Made by a program: the position numbers and the translations under genes. From the NCBI GenBank assembly GCA_963674735.2, contig CAXXQS010000001.1:1376001-1440000 (forward strand): a DNA stretch of 64,000 nt. The letters are read 5' to 3'. The stretch is from Myxococcota bacterium. GTDB lineage: Bacteria > Myxococcota_A > SURF-8. Numbering within the stretch: position 1 is the stretch's first letter; the number at the start of each line of letters is the position of its first letter. Shown here one piece after another: positions 54,701 through 63,000 of this stretch. The notes beneath the pieces are model-generated. The model saw only the letters and a list, made by a program, of their open reading frames with translations. It was not told the DNA's origin and did no database searches.

Positions 54701-55954
54701 CAAAGCGTCTTGATCGAAGTCAGCCAGTCGTCGTATGTCGATGGCGTCTTGCGCGCCCCTTACGTTCTGGATGTTCTGGTCACTGACCAAGCCGCCAATG
54801 ACACCTGTGACGGAGCGTCGACACTGGGCGACATCCCGATCGAGGATGATCTGAGCGGTTTGACAAACGCCTTCGATGCATCGGGATGCACGGGTGCCTC
54901 GATGGGGCTCGACCGTGTTTACAGCATCGCCGTTCCGGCTCAGAATGCCCTGTATTTGCAGTTGGACTCCGACTTCAACGGAACGATGTACCTGCTTTCA
55001 AGTTGTGAAGATTCCGATAGTGCCTGCCTGACCGGAGTCAATGCGAATGCGGGAAGCGGGGTTGAGATTCTGGATTACGTCAACGATACGGATACGGAAG
55101 TTACCCTTTACCTGGTTATCGATAGCGCGATGGGTCTTTGGGGCGAACAGGAATACCTGATCAGCGCCATGACCGAGCCGCTTGCGGCCCCGGCCAACGA
55201 CCAGGCTTCCGGTGCTATCGCCATTGAATCCTCCGGGCACTTCGAAGGCAGCACCGGTTCCGCAACCAACGACTACGACCCCGGCGAAACCGGTTGCCTC
55301 GAAGCAGCCCAGCCCGGTCCCGACGTTGTCTATTCCGTCAACATGAATTCCTTGGAATTCTTTGCCGTCTCGCTGAATGCAACGTTCAATGCATCGATGT
55401 ATCTGGTAACCGATCATACGGATCTGAGCACCTGTGTCGCTCATGGGGTAAAGAATCTTACCTACGAGTTCGGCTCCAAGGACGATTCACAAACACTGTA
55501 TCTGATCATCGATGGCTCTACGGCAGAAGACTCGGGATTCTTCCTTATGGACGTCATTCTGGATGAGTCCGGTGATTGCTACGGTCCCTGCGATTCCGAT
55601 GAACATAACAATATCTGTGTCGCAGGTGACGGCTCCGGAAATGCTCTGTGCCAATGCAACGGCACAACAGGTTTGTACTCCATGTTGGACTGCAACCAGT
55701 ATTGCCTGGATAACGGCACCCTTAGTGGAGCGTGTCGCACCCAGACAACCGATACCAGCAGCAACTCCGGTTGTGTATGCAATGTCGATTGCGCATCGGT
55801 CGCTTCCCAGTGCGCGAACTACGACTACACAAATTGTACCTGCGCCGAAGCTGACCCTTGCGGTTGGCAGGGTGATACGTATTGCGATGAGCTTTGCGAG
55901 ACGCTTTACCCGGATGACTTCTTCGACGACTCTGCCGACTGTTCCAGCGAGTAG
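51725..55954 (+). CDS. Large Cys-rich surface lipoprotein with PPC-like beta-sandwich domains
   Basis: AFAC lipobox, many C..D.DC.SG.C modules, two EPN(N/D) PPC-like domains, two ND.C/A..D.VY domains. Confidence 0.88.
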   Translation: MTRNLKVNLIMLLFAIFAFACSDSGSDETTPGDGDQDATETESDGDEAECDCQTEDACCDGCQAINEGGACNDGNACTQTDTCSNGTCSGGNAVVCTELDNCHDVGECDPETGECSQPMKADNTVCSDDNPCTQLDVCLEGVCTGSDPVLCEASDCQTGGVCDESTGKCVFTNAENGLSCEAIADTSGSGVCLNGSCEGFGACDSRNYGQPDNYPCNTDAECESGFCYDLGNDWQTICTRPCADDATVCTNGMTCRDTLSDPAFICLPPGEEDWIGNMQYETAPGDGSLDIYDACNTNEDCAGALCLSLGGKKFCTTDCGSGDSVCGDCGDCRNNGDDLGFPYDNFCSATGDQAFGQACELPFDCASRVCFNNYCSDQCWIISEGIDTCDEGFACVYDAYQQGVGICVADDELDHPAGSPCEGDYECESGLCYDVAGNPICAIDCFDGTDCPTDMSCVDGDPMLLDTTLRLYPDGSDEVLRTDYDSGYEAFSRISYSFSDAGTYVIEITGADEFAEGLYQLVVAPSGSELTATDEKEPNNTFATAQEIVYPVIVHAFLEAEETDVYSITVGDDAPITLIIETIPELARVCVADDVAGQQGYGDTCEDDFQCEAGLFCLFLGVCTNECESDADCEDGLCVNSTLGPICVPESGMHQTIDGRACALDFECREVCFADNALETYYCSGACESDGDCVPGMGCYQGMCIKGVNGNQMLHSYCRIDNDCETGYCQDYQCSTLCGDSADCEGSTLITPEEYGICWPCETNADCNEDGGETPNTCVSVSNGSKFCGTDCSSDPSVCPYGTRCHALNIFGQAACAPVSLSCDTATACTDGGYCLRPFLGAGSVCKDNAECISGICSAGFCQDGTCSDDADCGCDYLSCEGSVCSANTDDALEEVEPNDLPENAQDIGDGDETVLASMLPDGTIPDTDIYSISLDSGQVLDIRTSSFCGEDADTFLRLLDSRGNILDGWENDDFSQSNYFSYLRGFAADTSQSVLIEVSQSSYVDGVLRAPYVLDVLVTDQAANDTCDGASTLGDIPIEDDLSGLTNAFDASGCTGASMGLDRVYSIAVPAQNALYLQLDSDFNGTMYLLSSCEDSDSACLTGVNANAGSGVEILDYVNDTDTEVTLYLVIDSAMGLWGEQEYLISAMTEPLAAPANDQASGAIAIESSGHFEGSTGSATNDYDPGETGCLEAAQPGPDVVYSVNMNSLEFFAVSLNATFNASMYLVTDHTDLSTCVAHGVKNLTYEFGSKDDSQTLYLIIDGSTAEDSGFFLMDVILDESGDCYGPCDSDEHNNICVAGDGSGNALCQCNGTTGLYSMLDCNQYCLDNGTLSGACRTQTTDTSSNSGCVCNVDCASVASQCANYDYTNCTCAEADPCGWQGDTYCDELCETLYPDDFFDDSADCSSE

Positions 55955-55973
55955 AAAAGAGGATTCCTAATTC

Positions 55974-56002
55974 AAACGGCGGAGCTTCGGCTCCGCCGTT
56001 TT
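55974..56002. terminator. Bidirectional intrinsic terminator
   Basis: AAACGGCGGAGC-TTCG-GCTCCGCCGTTTT between convergent genes. Confidence 0.9.
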
Positions 56003-57639
56003 CATTCGAGAATACTGCGAATTTTTCTTGCCAGCGAGCCTGGCGTGTAGGGCTTGGCTATAAACTGCACGTCCTCATCAAGCACACCATGGTGTACAAT
56101 AATATCCTCCGTATATCCGGAGGTAAACAGCGTCCGAATTTTCGGGTTGTAGGTTTGTACAGCTTCAGAGACTTCACGCCCATTCATACCCGGCATAATA
56201 ACATCTGTAACGAGGAGGTCGATAATACCATCAAATTTTTGGGCGTGCATCAAAGCCATGCTTCCATTTTCCGCTGATAAGACCTTATACCCGAGTTTTC
56301 TCAGTATTTTTGTGGTCATTTTGCGAACAAGGTCTTCGTCTTCTACGTAGAGAATGGTTTCGTGGCCTTGTGGCATCATTTCATTTTGTTCAAAAGTACG
56401 TTCTTTGTCCGGAGCCTTTTCGATCAAAGGAAAATAGAGCTTAAAAGTTGTGCCGATTCCAGGTTCCGAATAGACATTTACACAACCACCGTTCTGATTG
56501 ACAATTCCGTAAACGGTGGAAAGTCCCAGTCCCGTCCCTTTAAATTTCGGTTTGGTCGTGAAAAAGGGTTCGAAGATATGAGTCCTCGTCTCTTTGCTCA
56601 TGCCGCATCCGGTATCGTTTACGGCAACCATCACGTAAAAACCGGCTTCGATATTCTTAATCGTCACACAATTCTCTGGTTCCAGGCGAACATTGCGGAT
56701 CGAGATCGACAGATGTCCCCCATTTGGCATCGCATCACGGGCATTGACAACGAGATTGACAATGACTTGTTCGAATTGGCCTGGGTCGATCTTAATATTC
56801 CCGACTGTTTCATCCAACCTTAATGTAAGCCGAATATCCTCACCAATTAGTCGAGCCAGCATTTTTTCCAAATCTGAAGCAATTGTATTGGGACTGATCA
56901 CAATCGGTTGGACAATTTGTTTTCGGCTAAAAGCTAGTAGCTGCCTTGTGAGATTGGAGGCACGATCCGCTGCGCTTTGTATTTCCTTTAACATCTCACA
57001 AAGTGGATCTTGTGCATCAAGATCCATCAGGGTAAGCGCGATATTCCCGGTGATTCCCGTCAGTAGATTGTTGAAATCATGTGCGATACCACCGGCTAGT
57101 TGACCAATGGCCTCCATTTTTTGCGATTGTTGAAGTTGTTCTTCCAGCTTTTTCTTCTCATTTTCAGCCGTTAGTCGTTTGCATATATCGTGTAATACCA
57201 CGACCGCATAGACGTCATTTTCAATTTGATCGAAGCTGACCGTAACCTCGAAGTCGGTTCCCTTGATGACGTAATGGTGAAAAGCTCCAGCAGGCGATAG
57301 AGACGGTTCTCCTTTTTGATGTTCTGAAAACTGCTGGGCAATATCATTAAAAGCCTCTTGACCGATGACTTCACGTAACGAAAGTTCGTGATTTTGCTCG
57401 AAACTGAAACCAAGACGTTTCATCGCCGTGGCATTTGCGTCGGCAAGCTTTCCCTTCGGCATCATGGCAAAAAGAATGCAGTCGTGCGCTTTATCGAGAA
57501 GCGTTCGGAAACGATTGAGTTGGGCTAGTCGATACCGCGATTCGGAGTAGTAACTTTTCCGCATCGAATACTCGCCCAAGCCGAGTACTTTATTCCGCAA
57601 CTTTCCCCAGTCTGGCGAAACTCTAGAGTGCTTTCCCAT
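56002..57639 (-). CDS. Cytoplasmic hybrid histidine kinase (PAS-like - HisKA - HATPase - REC)
   Basis: AGGIAHDFNNLL, NARDAM, DTGCGM, GTGLGL, receiver with VTDVIMP. Overlaps the ADH-like gene stop. Confidence 0.93.
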   Translation of the reverse strand: MGKHSRVSPDWGKLRNKVLGLGEYSMRKSYYSESRYRLAQLNRFRTLLDKAHDCILFAMMPKGKLADANATAMKRLGFSFEQNHELSLREVIGQEAFNDIAQQFSEHQKGEPSLSPAGAFHHYVIKGTDFEVTVSFDQIENDVYAVVVLHDICKRLTAENEKKKLEEQLQQSQKMEAIGQLAGGIAHDFNNLLTGITGNIALTLMDLDAQDPLCEMLKEIQSAADRASNLTRQLLAFSRKQIVQPIVISPNTIASDLEKMLARLIGEDIRLTLRLDETVGNIKIDPGQFEQVIVNLVVNARDAMPNGGHLSISIRNVRLEPENCVTIKNIEAGFYVMVAVNDTGCGMSKETRTHIFEPFFTTKPKFKGTGLGLSTVYGIVNQNGGCVNVYSEPGIGTTFKLYFPLIEKAPDKERTFEQNEMMPQGHETILYVEDEDLVRKMTTKILRKLGYKVLSAENGSMALMHAQKFDGIIDLLVTDVIMPGMNGREVSEAVQTYNPKIRTLFTSGYTEDIIVHHGVLDEDVQFIAKPYTPGSLARKIRSILE

Positions 57640-58789
57640 AAATAGTCTTTATTTCATCTTTGTTTGGTATTCTCGGGTTGGTAACCATACAGGCGTCACG
57701 CATCGCATTCTCAGCCAAATCATCCAGATATTCCGGTTTAACGCCCAAGTCACCAAGTGTTTTATTAAACCCCATTTCTCGTCCCAGATTTTGGATAGCG
57801 TCAAGAAGAACAACCTTTGGGGAACTGATGTTATCACCGGGGAGATCCAGGCCGAGATATCGACCCAGATTAATGTATTGTCTTGTTGCTGATTCGAAGT
57901 TATATGCCATGACATGTGGGAGTAATATGGCGTTACACATACCATGGGGAAGATCCAAGAGGCCACCCAGTGAGTGGGCCATGGCGTGGACCGCACCGAG
58001 ACTGGCGTTTGAAAATGCGAGCCCGGCAAAAAGACTCGCGAGCATCATCTGTTCGCGAGCCTGAAGATTGGTCGGTTCCTCTATGGCGGTTTTAAGGTGA
58101 CCGAAAACAAGCCTAACTGATTCGAGTGCATGCAGATCCGTGACAGGAGAACTTGCATTAGACCCTAAAGCCTCAATGGCATGTGTCAGGGCATCAAGCC
58201 CCGTGCAGGCTGTCAGTTCCGCGTCCATCGTCACGGTCGTTTCGAAATCAATAAGAGCGGCGTCCGGGATGACCGCTTTACTTATAATGGCAATTTTCGT
58301 TTTTCGATATGTATCGTTGATGATGCCGAATTGGGAAACATCGGCGGAAGTTCCGGCAGTGGTCGGAATGCAAATGAAAGGAGGAATCGGGTTCGGAACT
58401 TCGTCCACTCCTTCGTAATCCAAAATATTCCCGTTGTTCGTGGCTACAATACCGATTCCCTTGGCGGCATCCATAGGGCTGCCACCTCCCAAAGCCAGAA
58501 TGCCGTCACACCCGGAGTCTTGGAAGCGATCGACACCTTCCATGATTTGGCTGTCACGCGGGTTTGGGTCGATGTTTTCATAGATTTCGACATCGATGGC
58601 GCGTTCAGTTAAAGAATTTCGAACATCATCCAGCCAACCCGCTGCCACAATGCCCGGATCGGTTACCAGGAGGATCTTCTTTACACCGAAGTTTTGAAAG
58701 TACTGTCCCGCCAACAAACGGGAGCCAGCCCCAAACACGAATTCAGGCGCGACAAACTTCCTCAAGTTGGCGAAATCAGGTGTTTCCAT
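57623..58789 (-). CDS. ercA: Iron-containing alcohol dehydrogenase-like regulatory protein (ErcA type)
   Basis: LRKFVAPEFVFGAG, GGGSPMD, PTTAGTSADVSQF, DALTHAIE, HAMAH, PHG. Coupled to a hybrid kinase. Confidence 0.8.
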   Translation of the reverse strand: METPDFANLRKFVAPEFVFGAGSRLLAGQYFQNFGVKKILLVTDPGIVAAGWLDDVRNSLTERAIDVEIYENIDPNPRDSQIMEGVDRFQDSGCDGILALGGGSPMDAAKGIGIVATNNGNILDYEGVDEVPNPIPPFICIPTTAGTSADVSQFGIINDTYRKTKIAIISKAVIPDAALIDFETTVTMDAELTACTGLDALTHAIEALGSNASSPVTDLHALESVRLVFGHLKTAIEEPTNLQAREQMMLASLFAGLAFSNASLGAVHAMAHSLGGLLDLPHGMCNAILLPHVMAYNFESATRQYINLGRYLGLDLPGDNISSPKVVLLDAIQNLGREMGFNKTLGDLGVKPEYLDDLAENAMRDACMVTNPRIPNKDEIKTIYGKAL

Positions 58790-58915
58790 TCCTTAATCCT
58801 CCGTCACTTCGTCGTATTCTGCTCGAATGGATCCCATCATACACCGATCAGTAAAAGATGAATAATTATTTCATACCTTCAAATAGATTCCGGTATAGAA
58901 ATTCAAATCACTTCA

Positions 58916-59719
58916 TTATGGTCTTGTTTTGTTATCAATAAAATTCCGCAATATTTCCATTGCACCCATAACTTCGTGGCCTTCGGGAAGCCGTTCGGCC
59001 ATTTGATCCATATATTTGCGTTTAAAAACCGCTTTCACAGAAGCTGTGAAATTTAGATCAAAAATCCATGCCATGACCATCAATCGAAAATCGTTACGAC
59101 ATTTCAAGTCTTGAATTTTTATCAACCGATGGTTTTCTATGGCAATGATAACCTCTGGGGAAACAGTCTTCGACTCCGGAAGGTCATGAAAGATAATTGC
59201 CCGTTCAAATTCGCTGCCGTTTTTGTCAATCGCTAAAATCACTTTAAAAATATCGAGTTTATCGGCATCTCGGATCAATCGGCAAAATGGCAAAATGGAC
59301 TCGGCGATACCTTCTTCCAGATCAAAACGATTGTGGTTTCGAATGGCCGTGATAACGCAGTCCTGATTTGATTTTCCAATCCGCTCCAGGATCTTGGCTT
59401 CTTCCAGGACTTCTACACCCAAAGTCGCATGATTGACGGATTTCCGGTCGTTGAATGTCTGGTAACGCCGAATCTGTTCGAACCGACCGATATCGTGAAG
59501 CAAAGCGACAACACGGGCTAGACGCGTAACGCTTTCCGACCAATCGAGGACATTACATAATGCGTCGCTCTCGATCTCCACGCGCTTGATGTGCGCCAGT
59601 TTAAGCGCGATTCCACCTTTATCACACTGCATCCGACGATAAGGCTTTGTATATAGCTGAAACCATTCCCGAATACGACGTTCTTGATTCTCGCTTATGC
59701 CGCATAAAGGCCGATCCAT
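58916..59719 (-). CDS. HD-domain phosphohydrolase
   Basis: LK..H..RV, LLHDIGRFEQ, NH, HN, RDADKLD. Confidence 0.88.
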   Translation of the reverse strand: MDRPLCGISENQERRIREWFQLYTKPYRRMQCDKGGIALKLAHIKRVEIESDALCNVLDWSESVTRLARVVALLHDIGRFEQIRRYQTFNDRKSVNHATLGVEVLEEAKILERIGKSNQDCVITAIRNHNRFDLEEGIAESILPFCRLIRDADKLDIFKVILAIDKNGSEFERAIIFHDLPESKTVSPEVIIAIENHRLIKIQDLKCRNDFRLMVMAWIFDLNFTASVKAVFKRKYMDQMAERLPEGHEVMGAMEILRNFIDNKTRP

Positions 59720-60051
59720 TCCTTTAGCCCCTCCTATTCGATTACGCAATCGTTACACAGCACTTCCTCACTCACAATAGCAGATTATCCGAAGATTCCA
59801 AGGACTTGAAAATGAAAAGTAACGCAATGATATTTTAAAGTTCTTTGTTGATTATATTGACAATATTCTGTATTCTGATTTTGCTAAAGTTGAGAGTAAA
59901 TATGCCGATACTAAAAGTGGGAGTGAAAGTTGTCATCTCCCTTCAATCACCGGGAACGGACCTCCGGAATCACCACATCGGCATGGACGCCCCTTTATTG
60001 GCGACGGAAACAAGAAAACATTGTTTCGTGTCTGGCGGACGACCTAAGGCG

Positions 60052-63000
60052 ATGAACGCGTTGAAACATTGGTCTAACATCCTAATTATTATAGGCATTT
60101 GTGCTTCAATTGTCTGGGGTTGTCAATCTTCGAAAGCAACCGTGTCCAATCCCCCGGCCGATGGTGATACGGATACCGCTCAAACCCAACCATGTGACCA
60201 GGACCACGACTGCACGGATGGGTGGATCTGCCATCAAGCCGTGTGCGTTCCATCTTCAGCCAGCCCCTGTACTTCAGACGACGAATGCCGTCTTGATTCC
60301 GATTGCCAAGTTGATGAATATTGCAATGATTTGTGCGCGTGCAAATTGCGAGACTCCAGCGATGGAGATAGTCCATCCGATGGAGACGAGTCCTCTTCCT
60401 CTTGTCAGGATGGACCCCAGGCTGAAGTGGAAAATTTGCTGGATTTCGGTTACGTTCCTTTCGATATGGATGCCATGCGCACTCTCCATATCCGAAACAT
60501 CTGCGAAAACCAGGTTCTTAGTATCAACAATGTGGATATCGTTTCCGATTCCGCCGAGTTCCGCCTGCTTAATGCCCCCATTGAACCGGTTATTTTGAGC
60601 GATACCCATGATGTACTTGAAATCGATGTGTTGTATCATCCAACCGATATCGGCACGGATGAGGGTACGATCGCCATTTCCAGTAACGACCCGGACGGCG
60701 TTGCTCCGGTTCGTCTACAAAGTGCTTACAAAGGGGATGTTTCGATAGAAGCGACTCCCAATCCATTGACGTTTCAGGATATCGATATCACCGCAGTTGC
60801 CGAGCAACGGACACTGATCGTTCGCAACGTGAAAAACGGCGAGGAAGACAACGCCGTGCTGCGAGTCAATGCCGCCTACCTCGAGTCTACCGACAGTCCG
60901 GTATTCAACCTGACCTCCACGTCGTTCCCATTCTATCTGGGTCAGGGAAGTGAGAAAGAAATATCGATACGTTGCCAACCAACGGAAGCCGTTGAATTTC
61001 GTAACGATTTAATCATCGAAAGCAACGATCCGGAGGAGCCTCTGTATCGGGTAGAGTTGATTTGCAACGGTGTGGCGCCGGAACTGAGTCTGGATAATGT
61101 CTCGGCCGATTTCGTCTTGGATTTCGGCACACAGCGGCTCCAAATGGAAACCATTCAGTCTCTCTTGCTGCGTAACAGCGGCGATGCTCCCCTCAATTTA
61201 TTCGAGCCGACTCTAGCAGCAGGCAGCCACTCGTCTTTCACTCTGGACACTTCGGCTTTTCCGGCGGAAGGTCGCGGTCTGAACCCGGGTATGACAGCAT
61301 CCTTACCGGTTCATTTTTTAGCGGAGAACGAGGGCGTTTACCACGGTCAGATTCGTCTTCAAAGCGATGTGCCGGGTATGGAAACGCTTTTCGTGGATCT
61401 GCTTGGCGAGGCGCAGCAAATAGCGCTAAACCTGGACCCAGCCCTTCTCGAATTTGGGCAGGTCCGAGTCGGCCAAACCTTGAAACGCACGTTAACCATT
61501 GAAAACATCGGGGAAATTCCCGTTCAGATTCTGGATGTCAGTCTGGAAAACGAGACTAGCACGATTCAGTTTGATGGTGATCCCTCAATGATATTGGGAG
61601 ACCTGATTCCAGGCTCTCAAACATCCATCACGCTCCAGTTTGCCCCAGCGAGTCGGGGCAATGCACTTAACACGCTTGAGTTCGAAACCGACGACCCGGA
61701 ACATCCAATCATTCAGGTTCCGTTAAGCGGAATGGGTATCGCCCCGATTATCCAGTTGACCGAACGAGACAACCCCGACTTCACCGATCAACTCGATTTC
61801 GGGTTTATTACGCTTGATCGGCAAGGTCAGCGCCATTTGGAAATTCATAACCTGGGGGATGCAATTCTGCACATATTGGACATGGAATTGGCAACCAATA
61901 CCGCAGACGAGGAATTCGACATTCTGCAAACCGGTGTTGTGGCCGTCAATCCTAACTCCTATGCCTCCGTAACTTTAACCTATAATCCCGTTGGCTTTCC
62001 CGGGCAGGATCTGGGCCAATTGAGAATCGCCAGCGATGACAGCGATTCCCCGACTATGATCATCGGTCTGGTCGGAACGGCGACCGATCAGCGCTTGTCG
62101 GTTTCACCCTTGCCGCCTTGGAAATTCGACGATTCGTTCTTTGGCGCATCCAAGCATGAAATCCTGCGTTTATCAAACACGGGGTTGCTGGGTGTTCTCG
62201 ATATCACAGGCATTGAAGTGGTGGAAGGGAGCGAGGTTTTCACGGTCGAACCCCTCGTACAAGAGTTACCTTATACCCTCTACCCGAATCAGGGAAATTG
62301 GTTGACCATCGAAATCACCTTTTCACCACCATCCGCCGATCTTCAAGTATCACCCCGTGACTATGCAGGGCGTCTTCGTATTCAATCCAGCTCCTACACC
62401 GGCGAACTTTTTGAGGATGACCTGGAAGCAACTGCCGTCCCCTGCCCCGCCGGCTGTTGGGATAACGACGGGAACCCGGACGATTGCGAATACTGCGGGT
62501 GTAACCTGACCAACGGTGGAATCGAAATCTGCGACGACGAGGATAATGATTGCGATGGAGTAACCGACGAACCCGGTAACACTCTCCTCGACAATTGTTC
62601 CCCTCCCCAAAATGCCGCCGCCGTTTGCCTGAACGGCGCTTGCGACTTTGTTTGTACCGACAACTATCACCGCTGCGGGGATGCCTGCTATACACAGGAC
62701 GATCCTGCACACTGTGGCGAATCCTGCGAAAATTGCGCCGATGATGGACTCACCTGTACATCAACGGTATGCGAAAACGAATCCTGCTCACATGTTTTGC
62801 ATGAAGCGGCTTGTTTGATCGACGGCCGCTGCTACGCTTACAATGACGACAATCCAAGCAATGATTGTGAAGCCTGCCTACCTTTGCTGAGTCAGTCCGG
62901 GTGGAGCTCGAAAGCAAACGGTAGCCTGTGTGACGACAAGCAATATTGTACCCTCAACAGCGCCTGCCAGTTTGGTTCCTGTTTGGGAGGAGAAGATCGC

